Part shown: positions 1-11,300 of the stretch, one piece after another | Numbering within the stretch: position 1 is the stretch's first letter | Layout: each line of letters begins with the position of its first letter | Origin: a virus | Lineage: Duplodnaviria; Caudoviricetes | IMG/VR virus record: IMGVR_UViG_3300032332_002377 | Strand: one strand, 5' to 3' | Length of the DNA stretch: 64,000 bases | The notes under the pieces: model-generated | What the model was told of the DNA's origin: nothing | What the model saw: the letters and a program-made list of their open reading frames with translations, nothing else | Databases searched by the model: none | Position numbers and translations under genes: made by a program

Positions 1-116
1 GTGGGAGTAATGGTAGGCGTGGGCGTGGGTGTTCTTGTGGGTGCATTTGTTGGTGTAGGTGTTGGTGTTAAAGTGGGTGTGGGTGTTAAAGTAGGAGTAA
101 CTGTGGGAGTAGGTGT
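1..116 (-). repeat. Pro-Thr coding repeat tract
   Basis: Degenerate ACN-CCN repeats encoding [14 protein letters not shown]... Confidence 0.9.
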
Positions 117-287
117 CCAAGGAGCATTTATAATATTGACTGTATTAGATGTTTTGGTATCTAATTGATCGTTTGACAATTCAACTAAAGTTTTTTGAAG
201 TTTAAAGAGTTTTGAAAAACATCTGTTAATAACTGTGTTAGATACAACTTCATTCTGACCTAAAAAGTTTTGAAAATCGTAGTTCAT
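1..287 (-). CDS. Virion protein, truncated by window edge: MNYDFQNFLGQNEVVSNTVINRCFSKL... then Pro-Thr linker
   Basis: Hand-translated, not in ORF track. ATG at 287-285 overlaps the upstream TGA (ATGA); frame is open to base 1. Confidence 0.8.
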   Translation of the reverse strand, partial: MNYDFQNFLGQNEVVSNTVINRCFSKLFKLQKTLVELSNDQLDTKTSNTVNIINAPWTPTPTVTPTLTPTPTLTPTPTPTNAPTRTPTPTPTITP

Positions 288-1762
288 CGTAATATATTAA
301 GAGTCTGTTCAGAGAGCTGATTCTTTTCCTCCACAGTTAAATATCTGGTAAAACAGAATACTGAGTTGCCTCGGGAGTCATATTTAAATTGAAACTTACC
401 TATAATTTGATCTATGAAACGCAAATGATTTGCAATAAGCTTTGAAACAGCTTTGTTGATAACCCAACTTTGCACATATTCTTCTGGTTTTATTAAAATT
501 TCATCTAACGAGTATATATCAAAATCTGGTTCTGTTAAATTATCATACAGATTTTTGTTATCTAAAAATGCACCTATTATGCCTGCATTTTTAACTGGAT
601 TCTTAGAGGCTAAAAAGTTCTTATCATTCAACCCGCTAGGCATAGTAGCAAAAGCAGATATGTTTTGGGTGTTATTATATTTCTGCAAATAGAGCAAATA
701 CTTGCCTATGGTGTTGTTGAGATCATTTGTTAAGCCTTTGTATACATTTTCTGTTGTTACTAAATAATAAATATCATAGTCAGTTTTAGAAAATACAATA
801 TCAATGGCCTGTTCTGTAGTATTGAGATAGTCAATTATAACTTCTTGTTTATTTTCAAAATTATTTGTGTATAAATTTATTTTATTGCCAGATAGCAAGC
901 AATAAAAAGTACCGTTGTGGTCAACTTTTAATTTGAGAGGTTCAGTATATAGAAAATCTTTATTTAACAAATATGTATTGAGCCAGTTTAAATTGTTATC
1001 ATATCTCTTAACACAAACATTACCTGCATCTAGCACATACACTTCATTGTTATAGGTTGTTACATCTGTGGGTGCATTAAATGATAATTTTTCACTAGCA
1101 GAGCCAAATTCACCTAATAGATTTCTTAAACGTAATTTATTACTAAACATATTATCACTTGTGTATAAACCACGGGCATCATATTGGTACAGTGTGTTGT
1201 TACCTTTATCAAGAATTAAGAAAGAATTGTCAGGCCCTTCTGTAATGGCAACTACATCACTAAAAAATACATTATTATATAATCCAGGATTGAAAGCAGA
1301 AAACATGTATGTATAAGTAGTTACCGGTGTATCATCATTGTAATTAAAAAACATGAGAACACTTTTGCCATCTGAAGTTAATAATGTATATTGGGGCAAT
1401 TCTTTATTAGCAGCAGCAAAAAGAACTTTTGTATTATTAACAGGGTAATAATATTGTGTTGCAGCAGATTCAAATTGTGAAGATGAAAGCCCATAGCACC
1501 ATGCTAAATTAACTGCACCGGTGCTGACACCTAAAATGGCAGTAGAGCTAACAGGTATGATATTAGATGCTATTTTTGCTTTTGAATAAAGATATAAGAA
1601 ATTATCATATATGTGTTTGAGCTTAAGGTTGATAACATCTACTGTTACAGTATCGTTGGGTTGAATAGTCACCTCTTCAATATCATAAGGCAATTTTAAT
1701 ATTTCAGTAGGAAATCTATTAAAAGTAATACCATTATCATTAATTGCATCTAAAATATTCAT
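284..1762 (-). CDS. Virion structural protein with NHL/beta-propeller repeats
   Basis: LILDKGNNTLYQYD, FNAPTDV...VYVLDAGNVCVKRYD are NHL-like; lies in the structural cluster. Confidence 0.65.
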   Translation of the reverse strand: MNILDAINDNGITFNRFPTEILKLPYDIEEVTIQPNDTVTVDVINLKLKHIYDNFLYLYSKAKIASNIIPVSSTAILGVSTGAVNLAWCYGLSSSQFESAATQYYYPVNNTKVLFAAANKELPQYTLLTSDGKSVLMFFNYNDDTPVTTYTYMFSAFNPGLYNNVFFSDVVAITEGPDNSFLILDKGNNTLYQYDARGLYTSDNMFSNKLRLRNLLGEFGSASEKLSFNAPTDVTTYNNEVYVLDAGNVCVKRYDNNLNWLNTYLLNKDFLYTEPLKLKVDHNGTFYCLLSGNKINLYTNNFENKQEVIIDYLNTTEQAIDIVFSKTDYDIYYLVTTENVYKGLTNDLNNTIGKYLLYLQKYNNTQNISAFATMPSGLNDKNFLASKNPVKNAGIIGAFLDNKNLYDNLTEPDFDIYSLDEILIKPEEYVQSWVINKAVSKLIANHLRFIDQIIGKFQFKYDSRGNSVFCFTRYLTVEEKNQLSEQTLNILR

Positions 1763-4700
1763 TATTCACTCCACTTTATCTTATTTACCCTGGTGTAAGC
1801 TGGTGCTGTTGTGGCCAAAAGGTTATATACCCGTTTTTCAATTTCATTTTTTAATACTGCATTACTTATTCCACTATTTTTAAATACAATATTAAACATT
1901 GTAGACTTGCTGCCAGGTGTTCTGAATTTAAAATATCTTTCTATTTCTTCTATGTAATTTCTTCTGCCACAAGGCAAGTCTAAAACCATGTCTTCTACAG
2001 TCTTATTAGCCCTTATATGAAACATTATGTCAAAATAGTTTAATGCCTGGTTGTACAAGTAAAAATTCTTTATTTGTATATTCTTACAGTTGAATGAATT
2101 GTCTTTAAGGTACTCAAAAATTGGAATTGAATTGCTATATGTTGCAGTACCAACAAAGAATGGTCTGTCAATTATATTAGAGAATTTATATTTTTTAGGT
2201 GTAAATGTTGCTTCTGAGACTATCTGCCCGTCAATAATAATATGGAATGTACCACCATTGCTATTATACCTAAACACAAAATTGTGATAACCTGGGGTTA
2301 GAGCAGAAAGACCATATATAAAATTCAAACTAACTTGATCATCGGTATCAGAATTTAAATAGTTTTTTAGTTTTAATTTTGTATTTAAAACATTACCATA
2401 ATAAAGATCAGAGAAATAATATCTTAAAAATGTTGATTGAGTAATGGATGTGTAGCTGGGGCCAATTTGCTTGGAACAAAGCGTATCAAGCAATGTGCCT
2501 TCATTATTTAATTTATATACTATGCTTCTATTATCTGATGATACACCGGTAATAAACGTATACTTGCCAAGACCATAATCAGCAATATTATAACCAAAGT
2601 CAATATTAGTGGAACGAACGGATGACAATGGAAGAGTGCCAGAAAGAGCCACTATGTTGTTACTGTCTAAAACTGTGAATTTGTAGCTATCATGTAAGAC
2701 CCATAAATTACCATCTATATCTAAATCATAATCTTCTAGAGAATTATACGCTGATACAGTCAATCTAATGCTCCCGGGATCAGTAGCATTATTTTTAATA
2801 TCCCAATTATATATGGAATACCCACTTGGATTAGTTATTTTAAAATAGATATTATCTAAATATCTTTCTGCTTTATCACCAACTGTAAGATAAATGCTAT
2901 TGCCTTTTACATTAACAGTAGTAGCTAGCGTAATATAATTAAAGGGTACGTTTAGGAAGTAGAAATTATATTCAGTACTGCTTGTAGTAATTTCAAGTAA
3001 TTCTCCATTTACAAACTTAACACGGAATAATTTTACATCTGCAGTAGCAGGATCTCTACCCAATATAAATGCAAATTTATCATTATAGTCGTAATCTAAT
3101 ATGTCTTTAAAATAATCATTAGTTACTCTGTATAGTTTACTGTATCGATTATTATATCTCTCAAATGTTCCGCTTTTTGTAATTAAATAGAAATCATCAA
3201 AGCCATCTAAGCGCAAAATAGCTACAGCAGAGCTGGGTGTTTCAATTGTGTTTAATTTTTTAAAGTTCAAGTTTCTTACTTCAATAGAGCTTAAGCCATT
3301 TAAAAACAACGCTGGGGTAACTTTGTTTGTGTTGAATACACCAAACCCATCAGCTGCATAATTTCCTAAAAACTGGTATCCAAATGGTCTTGTCCAATCA
3401 TCATTATAGCAGTCGAATATAACAGTAAACTCATTTGTAGATTGAATTGTAGATAAATTATCAGTAGAGCAATATGTGCTACCATTAAACACATATAATG
3501 GATCGATGTCTTGACTAACTGTTGAGAAGTTTGAATCTTGATATATATCAAAATTTTGTTGTATTAAATGGTTTTTTAAATATTGAATATAATTTTTACT
3601 ATAATCTTCACCTATATGATAGTAGGCAAAGTATGTCCCAGGTTCAAATATTGAATCTGATATTTTATCGACCACATATGTATTTTGAGGTACAATGCCC
3701 TGCAAGCAATCGTAATAAGGAATATATTCAATTGCATTAAAATTTGATGCAGTTAGAGCTGGTAGAAACCCTATTCTAGAAGGAAAATAATATCTATCAA
3801 CCCAAATAGGTCTGGAAAATGCATTTGCATTTCCTGATAACCAAGAACATAAAAAGCTTCCATTATTTTCAAGCTTTGTATTACCATAAAAACTAGTAAA
3901 TTTGTAATCTGCTTTTTTCTTAAAAATTTTATCGCTCTTCATTGGGTGATCGCCTGCAATAGCTCCAGATTCTGCTAATTTTGAATCATTTATATTAAGT
4001 GCTTGAAGAGGGTAAAAAATTTGAGGTACATGAAAATATGTTATTTTATCTTTTTTAAATATTGTATTGGAGGTATAGGCTTCGTAATTTAACAAAATGT
4101 TATCATTGCCTAATTCTTGATTAGATCCAGTAAACATTTTTTTATAATCACGCATGAACACATCATCTTCTTGAAAGAAAGGATTGGCTCTGGATTGATA
4201 ATTTTCAGGTGTATTGGTATTTTTTAAAGACAATGCATTCACATCAAGTGATTTTGATGAAATATTATAATACTGTGAATTCAAAAGCATATTTGAAGGT
4301 ACATTTTGAAAGCTTAAATCTTTATTGATAAGTATTTTGCTATTAACAGTCTTCTCGTAACTGACCCAAGGGTCATCTAGTGGAGTTATATTTGATGTGT
4401 CTTGTCTTGGCATGCATCTAAAAACAGTTTGAGCGCTAAAGTTTAAGGATGTACCAGTAACAGGCGCAACAAAAGACAAGTCCTTTGTTACACTATTAAA
4501 AGATATATAAAAAATTATATCATTTATATTTTTAAAGAAAGCTATTAAGTCATTGGGTCTGTCGTACAAGTATAAAAATATTTGAGGGCTATATTCACCT
4601 AAGTTATCTAATTTTGCATCAGGATTAAAACTTAAATTACCAGTTACATCGCATGTCAAATAACGCTTAATACCATCGTTTTCATGGGCTACTTTGCATT

Positions 4701-5121
4701 TAAAATCATCAAGAAAGGTTACTTCAAAATAATATCTATTATCCATCTTTCCGGCAACACCTGAAACTGCTACAGCAGCAGTATTAACATTAATGCCTGG
4801 TTCTTCAGCTACCCAATAAAATGATTTGTCTGATAAGCCATACAAAGAATTGGCTGCTAAGTAAGTTGAAAACCCTTCATCATCTAAATACTCTAGCGGT
4901 TTGATCTCTAGAACATCATTAATAATTTTTGGACTGGTTAAATGAAGATTGGAATAATTGTTTAGTGTAGAATCATTAGGTATTTGCAATACCTTCTCTA
5001 GGTTTAAAAATATATTATTTTCTGTATAAAATACATTTTTCGAAAAATTTACATCTGGGTCAAAGTTGTAATTAGAAGAAAGCGGTGTAATATTGTTAGT
5101 ATTAAGTGAAAAGACTTGCAT
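1762..5121 (-). CDS. Large virion structural protein with LamG/ConA-like elements
   Basis: GYHNFVFRYN...HIIIDG...FFVGT...IKNFYLYNQALN is LamG-like; TAAATA box 6 nt upstream. Confidence 0.6.
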   Translation of the reverse strand: MQVFSLNTNNITPLSSNYNFDPDVNFSKNVFYTENNIFLNLEKVLQIPNDSTLNNYSNLHLTSPKIINDVLEIKPLEYLDDEGFSTYLAANSLYGLSDKSFYWVAEEPGINVNTAAVAVSGVAGKMDNRYYFEVTFLDDFKCKVAHENDGIKRYLTCDVTGNLSFNPDAKLDNLGEYSPQIFLYLYDRPNDLIAFFKNINDIIFYISFNSVTKDLSFVAPVTGTSLNFSAQTVFRCMPRQDTSNITPLDDPWVSYEKTVNSKILINKDLSFQNVPSNMLLNSQYYNISSKSLDVNALSLKNTNTPENYQSRANPFFQEDDVFMRDYKKMFTGSNQELGNDNILLNYEAYTSNTIFKKDKITYFHVPQIFYPLQALNINDSKLAESGAIAGDHPMKSDKIFKKKADYKFTSFYGNTKLENNGSFLCSWLSGNANAFSRPIWVDRYYFPSRIGFLPALTASNFNAIEYIPYYDCLQGIVPQNTYVVDKISDSIFEPGTYFAYYHIGEDYSKNYIQYLKNHLIQQNFDIYQDSNFSTVSQDIDPLYVFNGSTYCSTDNLSTIQSTNEFTVIFDCYNDDWTRPFGYQFLGNYAADGFGVFNTNKVTPALFLNGLSSIEVRNLNFKKLNTIETPSSAVAILRLDGFDDFYLITKSGTFERYNNRYSKLYRVTNDYFKDILDYDYNDKFAFILGRDPATADVKLFRVKFVNGELLEITTSSTEYNFYFLNVPFNYITLATTVNVKGNSIYLTVGDKAERYLDNIYFKITNPSGYSIYNWDIKNNATDPGSIRLTVSAYNSLEDYDLDIDGNLWVLHDSYKFTVLDSNNIVALSGTLPLSSVRSTNIDFGYNIADYGLGKYTFITGVSSDNRSIVYKLNNEGTLLDTLCSKQIGPSYTSITQSTFLRYYFSDLYYGNVLNTKLKLKNYLNSDTDDQVSLNFIYGLSALTPGYHNFVFRYNSNGGTFHIIIDGQIVSEATFTPKKYKFSNIIDRPFFVGTATYSNSIPIFEYLKDNSFNCKNIQIKNFYLYNQALNYFDIMFHIRANKTVEDMVLDLPCGRRNYIEEIERYFKFRTPGSKSTMFNIVFKNSGISNAVLKNEIEKRVYNLLATTAPAYTRVNKIKWSE

Positions 5122-5176
5122 CTTAATTATTTACTTTAAAAACACATTTATAAATAGCAATATTATAGTATTAGAG

Positions 5177-5728
5177 TTATCTAATGCCTAATAATACATA
5201 ATTACCACCGTCAAAATTATTATTAGCAGCAGATGTATATAACATTATGTCTTTGCTAGCTGGTGTATAGTTATGAGATTTCATAAATATATAGCTACCA
5301 CCAGCATCTTGAATAGTGCTATTATTTTCACTAGCCGAAATGAGAGTACCGCCTATTAAATCTATTGTGCAATGTACCCATATACCTGTAGAAGCTGACG
5401 AATTGTTATGACTAATACAACTACCGTTAGTACCGTTTGCATAATCGCTTATGCCTATTCTTGTATTAGCTGCTGTAAATCCTACATTTTTAAGTATTAA
5501 TTTTAATAACTTATATTGAGTTAAGTCCCCTGCGTTTTGGAGTAAAGAACAAAAAGGAAAGTTAATAAAACCACCAGCAGAAGGTATTGTGCCGGTTTTT
5601 ATTGTGTCGACACTATTACGTAATTGAGATGCAGTAACCTTCCCTGTTGTAGATCCATTAGAAGCTGGTAGGACTAAACTATCTGCAAGAGCAATTGAAT
5701 TTAATTGAGATATTTTAACTGTTGCCAT
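5177..5728 (-). CDS. Small tail-fibre-associated protein
   Basis: N-terminal VKISQL motif seen in phage fibre proteins; ends GGNYVLLGIR; late box upstream. Confidence 0.55.
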   Translation of the reverse strand: MATVKISQLNSIALADSLVLPASNGSTTGKVTASQLRNSVDTIKTGTIPSAGGFINFPFCSLLQNAGDLTQYKLLKLILKNVGFTAANTRIGISDYANGTNGSCISHNNSSASTGIWVHCTIDLIGGTLISASENNSTIQDAGGSYIFMKSHNYTPASKDIMLYTSAANNNFDGGNYVLLGIR

Positions 5729-5748
5729 AATATTATTTATCTAAAGTT

Positions 5749-7077
5749 TTACGTAATAATATAATAATTACAGAAATCGTCTGTCAGAATATCTATATTA
5801 TCGTCTGTTATCAGATAAGTCAATGTGCCAGGTGGAGTTGCAATTTCTGCGCCTTCACCATGAACACGGCCACTGCCTATGTTGTTTATTTGTGCGCAAT
5901 AGCCGTTGAGATTAATAGCTTTGCCTGCATTATTATAACCTACAACACAAGGTGCATTAGACTGGTAAATGTTAACAATATCGCCATTGCCCTTTTGACC
6001 TAAATTACCACCTCCAGTTGTGTATCTATTGCCTTGGAATGCATCATTTATAAAGCTCTGTGTGCCAGACAAATAGGTTGATTCTGTTGCAGGTAGCACA
6101 GAACTGCCTTTATCTATACCAGCGCCTCCACCACCTGCATATTTAACATATGTAGTATTCATGGCACTAATAATGGCGCCTCCACCACCGCCACCAATTA
6201 TTCCAGCATTATTAATAGTTAAATTGCAATTAAGCTTGATTGCATCTCCGCCGGGTCCACCTGCAGACCATAGATAGTGAGTACTATTAACTACACCACA
6301 CTCCAATATGGTTTCATTTGCATTGCCACCTTTGCCAGCAACAACACCATTCAATGGCGAATTAGTAGAATCAGATACAGCAGGTATGGTCAAGGTTATT
6401 TCAGACCCAACAGGCCATGTGCCAGTATCTATTGCAGGTAGTAGACGAGATTTACTGCCAATATTGCCTGCTACAGTAAACTCTACTATAGTAGGATTAG
6501 AAGAATAGTCTCCTGAAACATCTTGGTAGAATTTTCTTAAATTAATGTTGTATGTGTTTGTATTTGCTACACCTATAGTTAGATATCTGTAATTAGGTGT
6601 TGGGGAAGGTGTGGGTGTGGCAGTAGGTGTCACAGTAGGTGTGGGTGTTGGTGTTGATCCAGGAACAGGTGTAGATGTAACAGTTGGCGTGGGAGTAATG
6701 GTAGGTGTAGGCGTGATGGTGGGTGTGGGTGTAGGTGTGTTAGTGGGCGTAGGAGTAATGGTAGGTGTGGGAGTAATGGTAGGTGTAGGTGTAGGAGTTG
6801 GAGTATTAGTTCTTGTTGGTGTTGGAGTGGGTGTAGGAGTTGGAGGAAAAAAGCTGAATGGATATGTATTTGAATCAAAAAGATACACAGTACCAGGATA
6901 CAGTTTATCGAGAGAATTTAAATTACTTTCTGTAGAACTGAATTGTTCCAGGTATTTACCGTCAGTTGAAACACCTAAAATAGTATTAATATAGTCTTTT
7001 TTATCCCAAGAATTTAAATCTAAAGCATAAGACTCATTAAATTCTACAAACTGAAGCTTTTGAGTTATAGAAATCAT
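5749..7077 (-). CDS. Putative fibre/adhesin: N-domain, Pro-Thr linker, glycine-rich domain (paralog of 7103..8383)
   Basis: Shares NINLR...[11 protein letters not shown]...DTG.WP.GS.ITL...SPLNG.VAGKGG with its neighbour. Confidence 0.7.
   Translation of the reverse strand: MISITQKLQFVEFNESYALDLNSWDKKDYINTILGVSTDGKYLEQFSSTESNLNSLDKLYPGTVYLFDSNTYPFSFFPPTPTPTPTPTRTNTPTPTPTPTITPTPTITPTPTNTPTPTPTITPTPTITPTPTVTSTPVPGSTPTPTPTVTPTATPTPSPTPNYRYLTIGVANTNTYNINLRKFYQDVSGDYSSNPTIVEFTVAGNIGSKSRLLPAIDTGTWPVGSEITLTIPAVSDSTNSPLNGVVAGKGGNANETILECGVVNSTHYLWSAGGPGGDAIKLNCNLTINNAGIIGGGGGGAIISAMNTTYVKYAGGGGAGIDKGSSVLPATESTYLSGTQSFINDAFQGNRYTTGGGNLGQKGNGDIVNIYQSNAPCVVGYNNAGKAINLNGYCAQINNIGSGRVHGEGAEIATPPGTLTYLITDDNIDILTDDFCNYYIIT
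6595..6846 (-). repeat. Pro-Thr coding repeat tract
   Basis: About 84 codons of [12 protein letters not shown]. Confidence 0.9.
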
Positions 7078-7102
7078 TTTTTAATATTTAACTCCTTTAT
7101 TA

Positions 7103-8383
7103 TCATGAAGATATACCATGTATTACCCCTTCATTCATTACAGTTACATTCACATTGTACCCGTTCATGTCAATTGCTTTTCCTGCTGCGCCACCAAAAG
7201 ATGTTGTGGTTGAGTTACCATCCTGACCAAGACTGCCACCAGAAGCACCATATAATGAATCACCTCCGTAGACAGGGCTGTAAACATCATATACGTACAC
7301 AAATCCAGGATATGTACCACCAGGATAAGCAGCAGTACCTGGATAAGAGCTACCAGTATTAACTTTATAACTGCTGCCTTCACCGCCATAACGGTGGGTA
7401 CTGTTTCTGCCTATGCCTCCGAAATTACCTACAGGGCCACCAGTACCAATAGAAATACCTGCACCACCTCCACCACCTGCGCCATAAATCCAAGTAGAGT
7501 TTGTGATGTAACCTGCTCCTCCACCGCCACCGCCACCGCCAATAATGCCATAATTGATAATATTTAAATTGTAGTTTAGCTTAACGGCTGTGCCTCCTGC
7601 TCCTCCATAGTTGAGACCAGCATCTGTTTTAATACCAGTTCTTCCAGTTCCACCTTTGCCAGCCACCATGCCATTAAGCGGTGAGCTTGTATTATCAGAT
7701 ATAGGAGGTACAATTAAGGTTATTGTGGATCCAGCAGGCCATGATCCAGTATCAACAGCAGGTAAATTAACATCAACACTGCCTATGTTTCCAGCAACAG
7801 TAAATTCTACACGAAATGGATCTAAGTTCAAAATACCTGTTTGCTTCTTAAACTCTTCTCTTAAATTGATATTTAAAGTGTTAGTATCAGGAGCACCTAT
7901 GGTGAGTTGATACAGAGGAAAAGGAGTTGGAGTTGGGGTGAATGTAGGTGCATTAGTAGCAGTAGGGGTGGGAGTTGGAGTTGAAGTGGGCCCAGGTGTG
8001 CCGGTGGGAGTTGGGGTGGGAGTGTTAGTTACAGTTGGGGTGGGAGTAATGGTAGGTGTAGGTGTGATGGTAGGCGTTGGAGTAATGGTTGGTGTGGGTG
8101 TGATGGTAGGCGTTGGAGTTGGGGTAGGATCTGGAATAAAAATAGGTAAAGTATAAGGGGTGGATTTAGATATAATTAAAAAGTAGGACTGGTTTTTTAG
8201 TATAGTTAAAGTGTTTGTTACATCTTGTGTTGGGTCATAGTAAATACGCTCTAACCCATCATCAGAAACACCTATAATTCTGCTAATTAAATCTTTATTG
8301 GTTAAATCATTACAATTAAAATCGCTACCAGAATTTTGATAAAAAATTTGATATTGAGAATTAATTTCTAACAAGCTGCTCAT
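7103..8383 (-). CDS. Putative fibre/adhesin: N-domain, Pro-Thr linker, glycine-rich domain
   Basis: Paralog of 5749..7077; [13 protein letters not shown] motifs. Confidence 0.7.
   Translation of the reverse strand: MSSLLEINSQYQIFYQNSGSDFNCNDLTNKDLISRIIGVSDDGLERIYYDPTQDVTNTLTILKNQSYFLIISKSTPYTLPIFIPDPTPTPTPTITPTPTITPTPTITPTPTITPTPTVTNTPTPTPTGTPGPTSTPTPTPTATNAPTFTPTPTPFPLYQLTIGAPDTNTLNINLREEFKKQTGILNLDPFRVEFTVAGNIGSVDVNLPAVDTGSWPAGSTITLIVPPISDNTSSPLNGMVAGKGGTGRTGIKTDAGLNYGGAGGTAVKLNYNLNIINYGIIGGGGGGGGAGYITNSTWIYGAGGGGGAGISIGTGGPVGNFGGIGRNSTHRYGGEGSSYKVNTGSSYPGTAAYPGGTYPGFVYVYDVYSPVYGGDSLYGASGGSLGQDGNSTTTSFGGAAGKAIDMNGYNVNVTVMNEGVIHGISS
7922..8128 (-). repeat. Pro-Thr coding repeat tract
   Basis: (ITPTPT)n repeats. 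Confidence 0.9.
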
Positions 8384-11300
8384 AGATAATTTGCTCCTGT
8401 TATGAATGTACTGTACGTTGCTTGACCATTGATATCATTTTGTATGGCAAAATCCTTATTTAAATATATAGGGTCAAATAACACATTAGCTAAGAAAATA
8501 CCGCGGACAAAGATATCCATAGTATATGGCACTCCAATTGGTGTCTCTGCATTGTAGAAGAAGGAATAATCGTAATCAGATGTGTAGGTAATACCATTTT
8601 CACCATATTCTCCCGGACCATTAAAGTAATTTGTAAACAAATCATAAGGTGAAACAATATATTCTTTATCAAAATAATTTAAATTAAAGTTTTTAATTTT
8701 AAATGTTGGGGTTGTTTTCCCGGAACTGTATCCTAGTGAAACATTTGTTATACCAGGCAAAGATTTAGGCAAATCATACTGCAAATAATTTTCATATTTG
8801 CTAGAAGATAATGGTTTCATGTCAACTATAATTTTTTTTCCAAGGTTTGCTAATCTGACTCTTACGCTTGTATACACAGGTTCCCCTGTGGTGGATTGAT
8901 ATAATGTAACTGGTGTCTTGAATGCAGTTGATGTTAATGTCTCAGTTCTATAAAGAGTATTGTAAGCGCTAAGATAACTGTCCCTTATGCAAATACTGTT
9001 GGGTACTTTATTTGCATATCCTGGAACATCTATTCCAGTGAGTGCAAAATTACCAGAAGCATCAAACCCTACACCTAGCCATCCTTTGAATCTACCAGCA
9101 AAAGACTTGGTTACAAATGTATTATTTGTAGCTGATAATAGAGTCAAGTTTGTATAATTAAGAGCTTTTCCTGGACCACCTCCAGTAATAGGTACTTTAT
9201 AAGTAGAAGTATCAGTAAATGCTACACAGAACCCTTCTTCTCCTTGTTCTTCTTGGCCATAGAATGCATAATCAAATGTAACTACTATGTCTTTGGTTGT
9301 ATCACAATTTTTAGGAAAATATATAAATGAGCTTGTAGCAGAAGTGGGTATTGTGTAAAAATCGTTCACATTTATAACACTGAGTGTGTTGATGGCAGTA
9401 CCATAATAATCTTTTTCTGAAACAACAGCGCTTACTGTGTAATACCCTGCAGCTAGGGGTGTAGCAGAAACACCATCTTGATAGTAAGATAGTTGAGCTG
9501 ATAGTGAGTAGGTTGGCACTGAGGCAGATGCTTCCACAACGTTGCTTGTATAAATTTTGTTTAATCCAGTGAATGTAATGAGAGGTGATACATCATATCT
9601 TACTGCTTGTATGTGATATATAGTATATGCTGGCTTGTAGTAGAATGTATCTCTGGAGCATACAGCTATGGTAATTGTGCCAGAACTATCAGTAGCAGAA
9701 AGAGTAGTGCCACTGCCTGTTATTACTCCTGGTCCACTCAAGACTGTAACATATGTAGGAACTGAAGAGCCCAAATAGCTTGCTGTTGAAAGAATGTTGG
9801 TGGTTTTAGATATTTGTAATGTTTGTGGAACAGGATCAATGTGTAGATCAGGTGTTGCTTGAATAGCACCAATAGATATACCAGACCAATATTTTGCAAG
9901 AAGATGAGATCTTGCAGCATTGGAAACACGAGATCTTAAGGTTGCATTATCTCCAGGGTATACATATTTTGTACCAACAGGTATAACTGGATTGTTATCT
10001 AATGCAATTAATAATGAATCTATTTGTTGTGATGAAAGCTTATTGTATCTTAAATCAATATAGTTTAAATTGAGCGCACTAAAAGGTGTAGTATCAAGTG
10101 TTTTTAAATTGTTAAAAGATAAATTAAGTTTTCTGCATTTTGGTGTTAGGTTCTGTATGAATGTATCAGCTGAAGTCAAGGTATTTATGTAATTGATAGT
10201 GACAGATTGAATACCTGCAGGGTTGTTGTATGAATCCAGATTTACAAGCGGTGCAGGGCTAGTAACTCCCCAAATATTTGCTATAGATACCGTTGTCAAG
10301 CTTGGCATATAGTTCAATGCATCAAGAGAGGTCAAGGGCAATGATTCTGAAACAAGCTTTTTTAAATTAGTAGCTGGTTTAATTGAATCTAAGTTTCTTA
10401 AGTTTGCACCTTCAAGAGTAATGCTTGAAAGTGAATAACAATTAGAAAAATTAAAACCAGAAACACTAGATGCTATAGTACCAAACACATCATCAGAGCC
10501 ATAAACAAACTCTCTTAAATTAAAATTATTGCTACAATCTATAAAAGGAAGTATTGAATACCTTGGATCATAGATAGTAATATTGCATAACCTAGGATTG
10601 TTTTTAATATTGATAGTAGATGCATAACTATACTGAGCTCTTACATAAGTTAAGTAAGTATAATTTTGAATATCAATGGATGATAATACATAATTGTCGA
10701 CAAGATCAATAATTTGCAGTGTATTGAGGCTGGGAGGAAAATTTATATTGTTTAAGTATTGGTTATTATAACAAGTGATATCATTGCAACCACTCAATTC
10801 AGAAAAATCCATATTAATGGTATTGGTGTCGTTGATATAAATTGAATACAATGCTGAACACCCAGTGAATTGTAAATTGGATGGCACACTGGCAACGTTT
10901 ATAACTTTTAATCTATAATTGTGATCTAATACCAATCCAGTTAGTGCAGGGCAGTGTTGTACTCCAAGATAATAACCAAGGGGAGTTGGTACAATTAAAT
11001 CTGTTAGATAAGTTGCACCTCTGACAGTAACAGCAGCAATTGCATCAGAAGTTAGTGGTAAAGTTAATGTTCTTAGCTCAGTGGCGCCTGGATAGTAAAG
11101 ATCATACAATCCACTCAATGCTGAGATATCCAAAGCAGAAATAGAAGTACAGCTTTCTAAATTGAGTGTTGGGCTTCTGTACTCTGGTACATAAGGGTTT
11201 GATATGGATCTGCGTTCAAATGTCTGATTGCCAAAATTAATGCCAGTTATGGAAGGATTTTGTGTTGCGCTAACCCACTGCAAATTTTGACCAGGTATAA

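Noticed and set aside
5149-5156. Plus-strand TATAAATA pointing antisense into 5177..5728
   Set aside because: No downstream ORF; plausible by chance in AT-rich DNA
6595-8128. GT-rich repeats as a CRISPR array or telomere-like repeat
   Set aside because: Codon-periodic, inside ORFs, and no constant repeat with unique spacers
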